Source: Nitrosopumilaceae archaeon (GTDB lineage: Archaea; Thermoproteota; Nitrososphaeria; Nitrososphaerales; Nitrosopumilaceae). Taken from it: DNA of 64,000 bases. Position numbers and translations under genes: made by a program. Each line of letters begins with the position of its first letter. The first letter of the stretch is position 1. Of this stretch, positions 9,131-20,283 are shown piece by piece. The stretch covers positions 1,312,001 through 1,376,000 of the forward strand of contig OZ242365.1 in NCBI GenBank assembly GCA_965208905.1, in the 5' to 3' direction. The notes under the pieces are model-generated. The model ran no database searches and was not told where the DNA came from. It saw only the letters and a program-made list of their open reading frames with translations.

Positions 9131-10603
9131 TTGAGTGGAAGATTTGAAAAACGCATAGCGGTGAGAAAGACCTTGGATCCTATGACTCGATCTGTGGATC
9201 TTGACGGACGTATCATAGATTGTAACGACAAGTATGCCCGTATGCTCGGATATATGAAAGACGAAGTTATCGGCATGTCAATCTTTGATCATACTCCGGA
9301 AGAGAGTCACGAGCGACTTAAAACCATATTTAACCAATGGAGATGTCATGAATCTGTCAACAATCGTCGATTCCCACTGATTACTCGAAGTGGTAATGTA
9401 TTTGATGTTTTAATAACAGTGGGGGATGTGGTTGGTAGTGATGGTAAACTGGTTCGAAGTCGTACAGTACTTTTAGACTATGAGGAAGTACAAAATCTGC
9501 AAGAGTTGGTAAAACTCAGCAAGTATGAAAGCTTGTATGAGCATTCACCAGAGATGTACAGAACTGTAAATACTGACGGTATAATAGTACACTGCAACAA
9601 CAGGTATGCAGAAAAGATGGAGTATGCAAAGTCTGAAATAATTGGCCGTAACCTAGTAGAACATACTGCAGACAAAAGTATCTCGGATATTTTAATAAAT
9701 ATGGCACAGTGGCGTTTTAGTGGTGTATGCCATAGTGGTGAAATATGGATGAAGCCAAAGACCAGCAAAGAGTTTCTTGCCCTAGTTACCCCTACTAATC
9801 TGTATGATGATGAGGGTGCACTGATAGGACGTAATGTAGTAATACAAGATATGACAAAGATGCAAGAGACGACACAAATGTTGGAAGAACGTCGCAAAAT
9901 TGATCAAATGAAAGATGAGTTTCTTACAGGGATAACCCATGAATTAAAGACTCCGTTAACTCCAATTATTGGATTTTCCCAAGCATTAGGAAAGCCAGGA
10001 ATGTTGGGAGACCTTAACAAGAGACAGGCTGATGCTGTAAATACAATCCTGAACAACGCAACTCATCTGAAACAATTGGTGACGGATTTATTAGACATAC
10101 ACAAACTGGAGCTCGGAAGAATGAAGTTCAAGATGACTGAATTTGATCTCAAAGATCTATTGAACAACGTAACATCATCTATAATACATGCTGCAAATGA
10201 AAAAAATATAAAGATCAAAGTTACATCCAAGACGAGAGGAACGATTGTCGGTGATCAGTTCCGTATAGCTGAGGTAATGACGAACATACTGTATAATGCG
10301 ATTGACTTTTCTCCCAATGATACTGGCAGAATAGAGATAATTGTTGAAAAAGAAGATGAAATGATAAAGTTCTCCATAAAAGACAACGGCGCAGGTATTC
10401 CCGAAGATAAGCAGTCCGAACTATTCAACAAATTCTATCAGATTGCCACATCTATGGAACGTAGGCATGGTGGGACTGGCCTAGGCCTCTCTATATGTAA
10501 AGGATTGGTAGAAGGTATGGGTGGAACCATCGGTGTTGTAAGCAAGATGGGTGAGGGCAGCACATTTCACTTTACGATAAACCCAAGAGGTGTAGAATCT
10601 TGA
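9131..10603 (+). CDS. PAS-PAS sensor histidine kinase
   Basis: THELKTPL H-box, N-box NILYNAIDF, DNGAGI, GTGLGL; two PAS repeats. Confidence 0.93.
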   Translation: MSGRFEKRIAVRKTLDPMTRSVDLDGRIIDCNDKYARMLGYMKDEVIGMSIFDHTPEESHERLKTIFNQWRCHESVNNRRFPLITRSGNVFDVLITVGDVVGSDGKLVRSRTVLLDYEEVQNLQELVKLSKYESLYEHSPEMYRTVNTDGIIVHCNNRYAEKMEYAKSEIIGRNLVEHTADKSISDILINMAQWRFSGVCHSGEIWMKPKTSKEFLALVTPTNLYDDEGALIGRNVVIQDMTKMQETTQMLEERRKIDQMKDEFLTGITHELKTPLTPIIGFSQALGKPGMLGDLNKRQADAVNTILNNATHLKQLVTDLLDIHKLELGRMKFKMTEFDLKDLLNNVTSSIIHAANEKNIKIKVTSKTRGTIVGDQFRIAEVMTNILYNAIDFSPNDTGRIEIIVEKEDEMIKFSIKDNGAGIPEDKQSELFNKFYQIATSMERRHGGTGLGLSICKGLVEGMGGTIGVVSKMGEGSTFHFTINPRGVES

Positions 10604-10971
10604 AGATACTGGCCGTGGATGACAATCCTGATATCATCAAGCTTGTGCAATTAACGGTCGAAGTGATGGGCCATGAATTTGAGTCTGCTGGTGGCGGGGT
10701 TGAGGGCCTAGAAAAAATAAAAGAAACAAAGTACGATATGGTGTTTTTGGATTTGTCTATGCCTGACTTTACCGGTATGGATGTTATTGAATCATTGGAG
10801 AAAGATGGCACGATAAAAGATCAACACATCATACTCTTTACCGCCTCGTTTCTTGGAATGGGTGAGCTGGAAGAGGAGCTGATCAAAAAAGGAATTCACT
10901 CGGTTCTTGCAAAACCTGCAGATATCGATAAAATTATGGATAAAATCAACAGTATTGAAGCAATGCTGTGA
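10600..10971 (+). CDS. Single-domain response regulator receiver
   Basis: VDDN, FLDLSMP, FTA, KP; overlaps the kinase stop. Confidence 0.92.
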   Translation: MKILAVDDNPDIIKLVQLTVEVMGHEFESAGGGVEGLEKIKETKYDMVFLDLSMPDFTGMDVIESLEKDGTIKDQHIILFTASFLGMGELEEELIKKGIHSVLAKPADIDKIMDKINSIEAML

Positions 10972-11041
10972 CTGTATGTCGGTGGACTGAAATACTTGAT
11001 ACAGAGGTAACTATATGAATTAGTAGTGTAATATTTAGACA

Positions 11042-12673
11042 ATGCATTGTACATGGATGTGCTCATCACTCATCTTATTTACACTTACCATATTGATCAT
11101 AATACCCGACACATATGCACAGATGTCTGAGTTGCATTCTAGTACCATATCGGTTACTTTGAACGACGCTGATACATACAGCACTCACAATATGGTGGTA
11201 TCATGCTCTGATTCAGTACTGGTGTATGGAATTAACTTGATCATACAGCACAATGATGCTGCAGACAGGTATGCCATACATGAGAATACTATACGACTAG
11301 GAGCACATACACTACAACATACAACATACATATCAAATAATCATAACACTGATGTATTGTTGTTTGGAGAGGTCATAACAGATTTAAGATACCCACTTTT
11401 GATACCAAAATATACGTCGCTAATTATACCTGTACAGGTACACGATGATACGCCGGGAAAACCTGCCAAGGCAGTATTAGATATTACATATGTATCTGAT
11501 CCTGAGGTACAATGTACTCAAGTAGGGCTTTATGGGCCTCAAAGGATTGGTTTTTTGGATAATGTGAACCCAAATAGTGTACATATAGACCGGCAGAGGC
11601 TAGAAGCTATAAATTTATCTGTAGACGACTACAATGAATATCTGAAAGATCTGGGAGAGGAGTGGTGGATAGATGTGGTCATTAAAGATAACAACTCTGA
11701 CACTGAAGTATCATTGATAAAGACTAGAGAGTTTCATGATGAAGGCATAGACATCATAATTGGACCGTCTGCAAGTAGCTCAGTCGCTGCAGTCTATGAC
11801 TATACTAAACGTAACGACATGTTACTGATATCATGCTGTTCCACTGCTCCCTCATTGGCCATACCTGATCATATATTCCGCATGGCCCCGGATGACACTA
11901 ATCAAGCTCAGGCACTAGCCGCCGTTATGACTGATGATGGAATAGATACGGTAGTCACCATATATCGAGATGATACTTATGGTCAGGGTCTTAGCGATGA
12001 GCTTGTAAATGCGATGGAACAGCGGGGTGGCATAGTTGCCTCTACAATACATTTTTCGCCTAATGTCGAAGATCTTGATGCAACATCCCTTGTCGCCCGC
12101 TTAGCGTCTGTAGTACAAGACCTGAGTGAAGTGAATGGTTCAGACAGGGTAGCTGTAGTTGCAATATCTTTTACCGAAATTACAGATATAGTGGAGGCGG
12201 CATTGGATTATCCAGTACTTAGTCAAGTACGTTGGTATGGTTCAGAATCTGTTGTCAATCTAAGAGATATGACCGAGGGTGAACTTGGTGTATTCTCAAA
12301 TACAGTAAATCTCAGCGGCGTGATACAACATGTCTCTCCAAACCCGTTGAATACACAGATAGAGAGTAAGATACGTATGCAATTAGACCTGTTGGAGGAT
12401 GAATCTGTAAACATATTCGCATACACTGCATATGATGCCATACTGGTATTGGGTAATGCGATGCTGACTACACAGAGTTCACAAACAGATTCATTGATAG
12501 ACGCACTACCTCATGTGTCTATGAAAACGTTTGGGGCGTCAAACAGTGTCCAATTTAATGAAAACGGGGATCTAGCTGCTGTCGACTATGGCATATGGAG
12601 GGTAATGGATGAACATTGGTCCCTGGTGGGCATATATACGCAATCATCAGATACAATAACAGGGTTGTCATGA
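11042..12673 (+). CDS. Type I periplasmic (LivK-like) binding protein with extra N-terminal domain
   Basis: Signal peptide; IIGPSASS, STAPSLA, FRMAPDD, DDTYGQGL, AYDA, FNENGD. Confidence 0.82.
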   Translation: MHCTWMCSSLILFTLTILIIIPDTYAQMSELHSSTISVTLNDADTYSTHNMVVSCSDSVLVYGINLIIQHNDAADRYAIHENTIRLGAHTLQHTTYISNNHNTDVLLFGEVITDLRYPLLIPKYTSLIIPVQVHDDTPGKPAKAVLDITYVSDPEVQCTQVGLYGPQRIGFLDNVNPNSVHIDRQRLEAINLSVDDYNEYLKDLGEEWWIDVVIKDNNSDTEVSLIKTREFHDEGIDIIIGPSASSSVAAVYDYTKRNDMLLISCCSTAPSLAIPDHIFRMAPDDTNQAQALAAVMTDDGIDTVVTIYRDDTYGQGLSDELVNAMEQRGGIVASTIHFSPNVEDLDATSLVARLASVVQDLSEVNGSDRVAVVAISFTEITDIVEAALDYPVLSQVRWYGSESVVNLRDMTEGELGVFSNTVNLSGVIQHVSPNPLNTQIESKIRMQLDLLEDESVNIFAYTAYDAILVLGNAMLTTQSSQTDSLIDALPHVSMKTFGASNSVQFNENGDLAAVDYGIWRVMDEHWSLVGIYTQSSDTITGLS

Positions 12674-13335
12674 TGGACACAAACGATATATCCAAAGAAC
12701 CACTAAACATACTGTTCAATCCGGACACCATATCAAAAAAGAATGTATGGGATATAGATCTGGCGGAGATTTTAAACATGTTGTCTATGCTACTGGAGAA
12801 AAAAGAGAACAAGGATCTTCAAGTAGCCGGAATAGCCGCCCTGTCATCCTCTCTGATATATAAGATGAAGGTGGACAGTATATTTGCTCTTCAGGCAGAG
12901 GCCATGGCAAAAAAGCCGCCCCCACAACGTGTACACATGGATATACAGACAATACCTATGCCGTATAGGCATCAATCTACATATGCAGTATCTGTTGATG
13001 ACCTGTTAACACTATTACAGAATCTGGTTGTATCCATGGCAAATCCCCGGAACCACCGATCTGGCGCACCAAAAACTACCATTGAACCAGCTTTTGATAT
13101 TGAGGATCATCTACTATCGTTGGAAAAGATCATAGGCCGGTACCAAGATCTCATTCTACTAAAGATAAAAGATAACGACCGTGTCAGTCTTTATGATATT
13201 GTAACTGGATTAGATTCGTTGGACTCCATTAGGTGCTTCTTTGCAGCACTGTTTTTGGCTCGGGACCGGCAAGTAGAGTTGGAACAAAACGGTGAAGATA
13301 TCATGATAATGTTACCAACAAATGATATACAATAG
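12670..13335 (+). CDS. scpA: Segregation and condensation protein A (kleisin)
   Basis: VWDIDL, ALSSSLIYKMKV, C-terminal FFAALFLA...VELEQ; start ATG 12670 overlaps the upstream stop. Confidence 0.8.
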   Translation: MMDTNDISKEPLNILFNPDTISKKNVWDIDLAEILNMLSMLLEKKENKDLQVAGIAALSSSLIYKMKVDSIFALQAEAMAKKPPPQRVHMDIQTIPMPYRHQSTYAVSVDDLLTLLQNLVVSMANPRNHRSGAPKTTIEPAFDIEDHLLSLEKIIGRYQDLILLKIKDNDRVSLYDIVTGLDSLDSIRCFFAALFLARDRQVELEQNGEDIMIMLPTNDIQ

Positions 13336-13489
13336 ATTGGTACTGATGCCACATAATTATATTTGAGAATGATAAAGCACAAGAGTCACACAAGGCATAT
13401 CACGTGGTTAAGATGACTGGTGTTCAGACACTCAACAGACATAAAAGGCAAATCGTTTATTATGTTAACTACGCTATCCATATTTAGAT

Positions 13490-13879
13490 ATGAAGATACT
13501 CATCATAGATGATAATACAGACATACGAATGTTGTTAGAGATGACCATTAACGCGATGGGTCATGAATTTAATTCTACTCCCAGCGGGTTGGAGGGTTTG
13601 GAGATGATAAAGAGAGAGATATATGATCTTGTGTTATTGGATTTGACCATGCCCAACTTTTCTGGACTTGACGTTTTAAATGCCTTAGATGAAGAAGGAT
13701 TATGTACTCGACAGCCAATAGTACTATTTACTGCATCATTATATCTTAGCACATCCGATATGGAGGAAAAACTCATGAACAAAGAAATCCATTCTATACT
13801 GTCAAAACCTTCAGATATTGATCAAATAATGCAAAAAATAAACGAAATACAGGCAGAGTATGAGTCTAAAAATAAATAA
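13490..13879 (+). CDS. Single-domain response regulator receiver (paralog of 10600..10971)
   Basis: IDDN, LLDLTMP, FTAS, KP. Confidence 0.92.
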   Translation: MKILIIDDNTDIRMLLEMTINAMGHEFNSTPSGLEGLEMIKREIYDLVLLDLTMPNFSGLDVLNALDEEGLCTRQPIVLFTASLYLSTSDMEEKLMNKEIHSILSKPSDIDQIMQKINEIQAEYESKNK

Positions 13880-14836
13880 CATATCGAAAGATGGAAATGT
13901 GCTGTGACTAGGTATGAAAGCCTCTCAGACACGATCTAGAACCATTTGTGAAGAAAATTACTAATCTAGTTGGTAAGCTTTGACTTTGGCGGTCATATCG
14001 TATAGCATGCGGAAACACAACAACAGACATAGTATCATTCTAAAATCCGTATATAGCCACAGTGTGGAATGTCTGTGTATTTGATAATGTTGATCGTTTT
14101 CAAGATGTTTGCTACAATGCTTGCCGGTAATTTCCCACAACGTATTGAATGTGATGATCTGACCAACCCATATATAACAAAAAAGATAGGCCAGGAGAGA
14201 AAAAACCTAACAAGAAAACAGCCAGGCAACTGCAAAACATAACCGGGAGTGAGTACTCAAAGATATGTCTGACTATGCTCAAAGGGCTGAATCTACAGTT
14301 CTCTGACAAGATCATACAAAGTGGAATATAGGCGACTTTTATCGATTTATTGTATCCATATGCACCAACGGCAAAGCAAAGAATACTGGTGTGTGACAGT
14401 ACGAGAGTAAAAACAGAGTGTGGCGTAGTTGCCCAGTAAAAGATCACTCTACAATAAAATCAAATACACTACATGTTAAACTACCATGTATCTATGGTGT
14501 TGCGCATGGTAAAACACTCCAAGCGATACGGCTATCATGCAGTGCAGTCGATGATCCATCGACATACATAACATACCACTGTACGCCAAGACCGCTTGGG
14601 CTTGCCATACGGGGCGGGATTAACCGTCTGGTCCTTTTGTTTGGATATGATCTTTAGATTCATATAGCGCGCTACATACTTATCAATCTGACTGTCCGTA
14701 GGGGTCCGCAATGCCGACTCGCAGTAAAAAGGCATGCGAATTATGAAACTCTCCGAATTCAAAAACATTTGTCTGCTATTGGAGTGGACCCCATAGAATG
14801 TTACTGTTTTCGGCATGATTTTACATACATCTTCCA

Positions 14837-15694
14837 TCATTTATTTGTCATCTCCAACTGTTCGGCAAATTCTACTGGTGTCATGTATCCGATAGAGGAA
14901 TGAATCCTCTCGGTGTTGTAATCTACAAAGGCCTTTGCAATGATCGTCTCTGCCTCCTGATAGTTCGCAAACTCGTGCGGCCAGATGTATTCCTTTTTCA
15001 GCGTCTTGTGAAATGATTCGACATGTCCGTTCTGCTCCGGCGTATTCTTGTAGATGAATTCATGTTTGCCGATGCCAAGGGCCTGAACCGCATGTCTAAA
15101 GTCGCGGCTCGTATACTGGTTGCCGTTGTCCGTACGCAATCGTAATTGTGAGCAGTCAGGTTTCTCTGCGGCAACCGCGTTGGTGATTGAGGTGATTGCA
15201 ATGTCTCGTGTGGCATTGACATCAAACGCGTAGGCGATCCACTTGCGCGTAAAGCAGTCAATTACGTTGAAGCAGTAGCACCAGCCGTCTATACCGCACC
15301 AGATGTATGTGATGTCCGTCTCCCACAACTGGTGTGGGGCTTTGGGTTTGAAGAGCTTTTGACCCGCTCGAATGATGTCGTTTTTGGTATTTTGTGGCTG
15401 GATGTAGCCCATTTTGCGATATATCCGCTGTATCTGCTTGCGGTTCACCACAATTCCCGTATCGCGCGTTATCTGGGCCGCCATGCGCCGTGTGCCGTAC
15501 GTGGGCCTCTTTCTGCTCGTATCTAGCACAGTGCTCAATATATCCGGATTCAATCCCATGTCTCTGGGCTTGGGTTTGTAGTACCATTGGCGCCTGGATA
15601 CGCCCGCATACCCTAGCGACTTGCGCAGGCTCAAATGTTGTTCCTGCATGATTTTTACCGCGTTCAATCGTTGCTTGCCTCCAAGGTTTTTTTT
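14837..15694 (-). CDS. IS3 transposase OrfB (rve DDE), expressed by -1 frameshift
   Basis: WETDITY, RTDNGNQY, NGHVESFHKTLKKE; A8C slippery run (T8 at 15687-15694 on + strand) in the orfA/orfB overlap. Confidence 0.88.
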   Translation of the reverse strand, partial: KKNLGGKQRLNAVKIMQEQHLSLRKSLGYAGVSRRQWYYKPKPRDMGLNPDILSTVLDTSRKRPTYGTRRMAAQITRDTGIVVNRKQIQRIYRKMGYIQPQNTKNDIIRAGQKLFKPKAPHQLWETDITYIWCGIDGWCYCFNVIDCFTRKWIAYAFDVNATRDIAITSITNAVAAEKPDCSQLRLRTDNGNQYTSRDFRHAVQALGIGKHEFIYKNTPEQNGHVESFHKTLKKEYIWPHEFANYQEAETIIAKAFVDYNTERIHSSIGYMTPVEFAEQLEMTNK

Positions 15695-15954
15695 AAAGCG
15701 TCGTTTGCGATTGTCAGATCCCCTATGATTCGCTTTAGGTCGCCGTTCTCCTTTTTGATGGCCTTTATCGGATCCTTCTTTCCGTGATGGGTCAGTCCGG
15801 ACTTGCCTGCGTCCATGAACTTTTGCCGCCAGGCTTGAAACGTTTGGGGATGAACGTTGTGCTTGCGGCACAGCTCGGCCGTGCCAATATTGGTCTTGAT
15901 TGATTCCAAAACGATCTGGATCTTTTGGTCTGGAGTAAACTTTGTTCTTACCAT
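15664..15954 (-). CDS. IS3 transposase OrfA (HTH)
   Basis: KFTPDQKIQIVLE...AELCRKHNV...WRQKF plus coiled coil. Confidence 0.9.
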   Translation of the reverse strand: MVRTKFTPDQKIQIVLESIKTNIGTAELCRKHNVHPQTFQAWRQKFMDAGKSGLTHHGKKDPIKAIKKENGDLKRIIGDLTIANDALKKTLEASND

Positions 15955-16444
15955 GGCATCATCCCTCCCATTACGACTTTAAGCTGTATGAACGTGAGTG
16001 TTCTCATTCTAGCGGGGTCCCCACCAATACAGGCACAATCTGATTTGCGTTTAGAATGCCTTCAGACAATTTCGGAGACTTATGTTAACTCTACTGACAA
16101 TACTCTTGACAACATGTTTAACATTATTGAGGAAGGCCGTTTAACTGGTAATACAGCGACTCATGCGTTAATTATTGGTCAAACACGTGTTATCATAGAC
16201 AGTACAACTAGTCTTATCCTTGCCGATTTCTGTAGCTCTTTCGGATAAATGTATGTTTTATCTTAGTGTTTTGAACAATGCCTTCTGGGGTAGTGATACT
16301 TGCATACAATCATGTTATGACATCAGGCCCATAAACTTGACAGTTCCTAGAAGCACGTATGATAACTTTTAAAGTGTAATATTATACGAATAACCAATGA
16401 AAAAAATGACTATAGTTAGGTGCATAAATAACCCGACACCAGTT

Positions 16445-17452
16445 TTACACCGGTAGGATTTTGTCTAAATTTCTGAACAGAATGCTGCGCGGATCAAACT
16501 TTATTTCCAGCGACTCGTATATCCGCATGATTTTCCTCCGGAAATATCTCTTGGCAGGTCGCTTGAAAGTCCGCCGTATCCTTGCCTTGCCGTTGAGCCA
16601 CAGCCATTCGGCCGGATTCAGAAATGGTGAGTACGGCGGCAGAAATATTAGTTTGATGAAATCACTATTCTTTTTCAAGTATCGCTTTACGCGGCTAGAG
16701 TTGTGATATGCAGCATTATCCAGTATTACGGCAACCTTGCCGAACCGTTTTTTCGTCTTGTTCAAATATCTGATAAAGGACCTGTCGTTGGCCTTGCTAG
16801 CGGCCATATAGCATGTCTGCCCATCTAGCGTGATGCCACCGTATATGGTCTGGCGCTGGTTGCCGAGTGGCGTTTGTACCGGTATGGCATCACCGCGTGT
16901 ATAGACTGCGCCGCTGCCAAACATACTTAAATTTTGGTGGCTTTCGTCTACCATCACGAGTGTAAAACCGTCCTTTTCAAACATTTCTGCCTCCTTTTTG
17001 GTGTCTTTCTGCCAGATTTCGAGATCTTTCCTTGGTGGAATTCGGTCGGATATCCGGGGAGTCTTCCGTATAGTGAAGCCAAGAGACCTAAGGATACGGC
17101 GCGCTTGTGATTCGCTGTATTTTATGCCGGTCTTTTTCTCAGCCAGTTTAACAAATCCGTAGGCGGTAAATCGCTTGACACCGTTAATTATGTTCTCTAA
17201 TGTGTGGCGCGGTACGAAAGATGGACGGCCAGGCCTCGCACCATCGGCGAGGCCATCCAGGCCTTTGTGGTCGTAGGCATTAAGCCAATCATATATGGTG
17301 CTACGATCGACACCAAGCACATCCGCTGCCGCAGAGATGGTATATCCTTTAATGCGCACCATGTTTACGGCTACGATACGGGCGTGCTGTGTCGCACTCT
17401 TAGTCTGTTTTAGGGCAGCCTTTATTTTTTGGGCATTAGTTTGGTTATTCAT
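16445..17452 (-). CDS. IS630-family transposase
   Basis: N-terminal HTH, GRP, VDES / LDNAAYH / LPPYSPFLNPAE triad. Confidence 0.92.
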   Translation of the reverse strand: MNNQTNAQKIKAALKQTKSATQHARIVAVNMVRIKGYTISAAADVLGVDRSTIYDWLNAYDHKGLDGLADGARPGRPSFVPRHTLENIINGVKRFTAYGFVKLAEKKTGIKYSESQARRILRSLGFTIRKTPRISDRIPPRKDLEIWQKDTKKEAEMFEKDGFTLVMVDESHQNLSMFGSGAVYTRGDAIPVQTPLGNQRQTIYGGITLDGQTCYMAASKANDRSFIRYLNKTKKRFGKVAVILDNAAYHNSSRVKRYLKKNSDFIKLIFLPPYSPFLNPAEWLWLNGKARIRRTFKRPAKRYFRRKIMRIYESLEIKFDPRSILFRNLDKILPV

Positions 17453-17469
17453 ATAATTAGTTAGTAATT

Positions 17470-18291
17470 TTGATCATTTATGTATTTCTAATAGAGTGTA
17501 GGATTATTTATGCTCCCAACTATATAATGCTGGCATGCGGTATGATAGTATGTACAGGATTGCTTGCATGGTCACAGTCTAACAATGTGACAGCCGAGGC
17601 CAATACCACAGACGAGATTGCCATGAAGGGTTTTTCGCCCGATATACTGGCGCATAATGTAAAGTATGAAGTGGTAAGTGTTGAATCGTTTTATCACGAT
17701 ACAATTGAGTATCTGGATTACTATGGTACGGGATTTGTGTATGATTCCGAGCATATTATCACAGCAAGGCATATAGTTGAGGATGCAATAGACGATCCCG
17801 ATAATATTACTATCGATGTAACTACCGAATATGGCATAACATGTGTTGGCTACGTCATTGGCAGTATGGAAGATTTAGACATAGCAGTGATAAAATTATA
17901 TGACAGTCCTAATTGTTTTGATCTGAATGATGATGATCTGGAAGATGTCGACGATCATGGTTTAATGTCAGTGTCCGTATCGAGTCAGGGTGTGGATGTT
18001 GGTGACTGGGTTATGAGTGCGGGATATATAGACGACTATTGGCCAGTTTATACCGTTGGTGTGATAAGCCATACTGGTTTCGCAAGCGAACTAATATCTA
18101 CGGATGTTATAGTACATAGTGCTGCCTTGGGAGATGGTTCTAGTGGTAGTCCTGTCTATGATTTATACGGTAATGTAATCGGCATGACTTATGCTGGCTG
18201 GTCAGGTGAGCATAGAATATCCCTCGCTCACACCATACCAATAGATGTCGTATATGATGCCGTTGAGTTTATTATTAGATATTCGAATTAG
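17470..18291 (+). CDS. Secreted trypsin-like (S1/HtrA-type) serine protease; true start probably near 17527
   Basis: Triad ITARHIV, DIAVIK, GDGSSGSP; acidic composition; no PDZ domain. Confidence 0.82.
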   Translation: MIIYVFLIECRIIYAPNYIMLACGMIVCTGLLAWSQSNNVTAEANTTDEIAMKGFSPDILAHNVKYEVVSVESFYHDTIEYLDYYGTGFVYDSEHIITARHIVEDAIDDPDNITIDVTTEYGITCVGYVIGSMEDLDIAVIKLYDSPNCFDLNDDDLEDVDDHGLMSVSVSSQGVDVGDWVMSAGYIDDYWPVYTVGVISHTGFASELISTDVIVHSAALGDGSSGSPVYDLYGNVIGMTYAGWSGEHRISLAHTIPIDVVYDAVEFIIRYSN

Positions 18292-18355
18292 GTAACTTTT
18301 CATTTTTTTATTTTTGTTACAGCCGATTAGGGACTTGACAGTGAAGAGTATACAA

Positions 18356-18547
18356 TTACGTCACTTTATCTTTTTCAAGAATCTTATATATCAAAGAGTA
18401 TATGTTAGTCAATGAACCAGCTAACAGTAAGGCAAGCGTCAATCCAGCAACACTGACCAACTCCATCTGTGTATCGCTGAGTTCGGGTAGGATGTTAGAA
18501 CCAAGTATGATAAAATATGCTGCGTATACAATGATCACCAAACACAT
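18356..18547 (-). CDS. Small hydrophobic protein or gene fragment
   Basis: 63 aa, two hydrophobic segments. Confidence 0.35.
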   Translation of the reverse strand: MCLVIIVYAAYFIILGSNILPELSDTQMELVSVAGLTLALLLAGSLTNIYSLIYKILEKDKVT

Positions 18548-18902
18548 TGCCTGTTTTCAAGTGGAGTGAACCCCTCGTTTTGATACCACTTTTTACATTA
18601 AATTCCGAATGATTCTAGCCGTCATTAATTTGTCATCTCCCACTGTGCGGTAAATTCTACTGCCTGGCGGGGAAATTACATAGGCGAGGGTCCAAGTGGA
18701 AACGTAGGTTAAGCTGAGCTCACATACCACTTTGGTACAGTTCACGCGTCACCGGCAGTTAGTAAACTGGACTTTATTTGCTGGTAAGTAAGTAATATTA
18801 TCAGCCCATAATATTACCAGCTGACAGATCACGTCTAATATATTCCTGAGTTAGTAATATAATAATCATTAAACCTTAATACATTGGCAAATATACGTCT
18901 GT

Positions 18903-20033
18903 ATGGACAGAAGCGACTTTGGCAACCCGTTTGGGGTACTGATGGAAGAGTCGGACTATCACGCGTTCATTCCCGGCAGGATCCCGCCGAAGATTGAGTA
19001 CGATAATATCTTGGTTGGTGAGATAAACAGGACCGAGAGCAGTCTGGGCGAGCTCAGAGCCACGGCAGAATCGTTTCCCATACCCAAGGCGCTGGAGAGA
19101 CTCTTTGGAAGAATGGAGGCGGTCAAGAGCTCAAGCATAGAGGGGACGACGGCATCATTCCAAGACACTCTGAGGTGGGATCTTGACCAGATGTCATCAG
19201 ATGAGGCCCGACGCCTACGCATGAGAGAAGTACTCAACTGTCGATCTATACTACAGAAGAGGTGGCCGGACGCTAGGTCTGGTGAGCAACTGAATAACAA
19301 CACCATAAAGGTAATGCACCGCTCTCTGTGGCATGATATGGAGGGGGAGGAGATGTTCTCCGGTGAGTACCGCCTGCACCAGAACTGGATCGGGGGAGGG
19401 GGAAACGTGGACGATGCAACATATATTCCGCCCCCGCCCCGATACATTCCCACGCTGATGGATGAATTGGAAGCGTTCATCAATGATCCGGTCGGGGTGC
19501 CCGGCCTTTTACAGTGCGCTATAGTACACTATCAGTTTGAAGCGATACACCCATTCCATGATGGGAATGGGCGAGTTGGTAGGATCATGCTGTGCCTCAT
19601 GCTGTCGGTCCATGCGCAGCTTATCTGGCCGCTGGACATAAGTACGTACATTAGGCGTAAACAGATACAGTACCAAAACAGCCTGTTCAGGGTCAGCACC
19701 TGTAGTGAGTGGTATGGGTGGTTCAGGTTTGTCTTAGGTGTAATCCAGGATGTCGCTACCGGCTCCATAAGAAGAATACGGCTCCTTCAAGAGGAGATAG
19801 AACGATGCAAGGGATTGTCAAGTACTAGTAACGGTATTGAGCTGGTAGACATGTTGGTGGAGCACCCAATGGTTACAATTCCACAGATCCGTGCCCGCCT
19901 AGGTATGTCATACCCGGGAGCCAAGCACCTAGTCGAGACATTTGTGGAGATTGGTATACTGACGGAGCTCCACACCAAAAGGAAGCCTAGGTTGTTCTTT
20001 GCTCCTAACATAATGAAGCTGGTTCATGATTAG
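18903..20033 (+). CDS. Fic-family protein (Fic_N + Fic + C-terminal HTH)
   Basis: Canonical HPFHDGNGRVGR; SSSIEGT inhibitory motif. Confidence 0.92.
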   Translation: MDRSDFGNPFGVLMEESDYHAFIPGRIPPKIEYDNILVGEINRTESSLGELRATAESFPIPKALERLFGRMEAVKSSSIEGTTASFQDTLRWDLDQMSSDEARRLRMREVLNCRSILQKRWPDARSGEQLNNNTIKVMHRSLWHDMEGEEMFSGEYRLHQNWIGGGGNVDDATYIPPPPRYIPTLMDELEAFINDPVGVPGLLQCAIVHYQFEAIHPFHDGNGRVGRIMLCLMLSVHAQLIWPLDISTYIRRKQIQYQNSLFRVSTCSEWYGWFRFVLGVIQDVATGSIRRIRLLQEEIERCKGLSSTSNGIELVDMLVEHPMVTIPQIRARLGMSYPGAKHLVETFVEIGILTELHTKRKPRLFFAPNIMKLVHD

Positions 20034-20039
20034 CCGTCG

Positions 20040-20283
20040 GGCATCATACGTGGACAGGGTGCGCTGCCAAGTTTTCTGGCAACCACCTCGCTCTGACAGG
20101 CAACCAAGCAGATGGTAATACTGTGTCCGTACGACCTCTCCTGATCCTGCTTTCTGAGCACGGCGGCCTGTAGCCTGTCTCTGGACTTGCCGGGGTGTTC
20201 GCGCCTGTATGTCTCTTCCAGCTCGGATCAATGCACCCTCAATAGGTATCTTCTCATCTCTTTACCAGTGTCTCCTTTGGCAT
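20040..20283 (-). pseudogene. IS630-type transposase N-terminal remnant
   Basis: Minus-strand frame ELEETYRREHPGKSRDRLQAAVLRKQ, broken by stops and frameshifts. Confidence 0.55.

Larger units (their letters stand above)
14780..16026 (-). mobile_element. IS3-family insertion sequence
   Basis: TG...CA ends with imperfect IRs (TGGAGTGGACCCCATAGAATG / CATTCTAGCGGGGTCCCCACCA); orfA plus orfB; flanked by AT on both sides. Confidence 0.85.

Noticed and set aside
13880-14657. Short ORFs between the receiver gene and IS3
   Set aside because: No recognisable motifs; probably decayed sequence.
16400-17500. Defined TIRs for the IS630 element
   Set aside because: Only a weak partial inverted match; ends could not be fixed.
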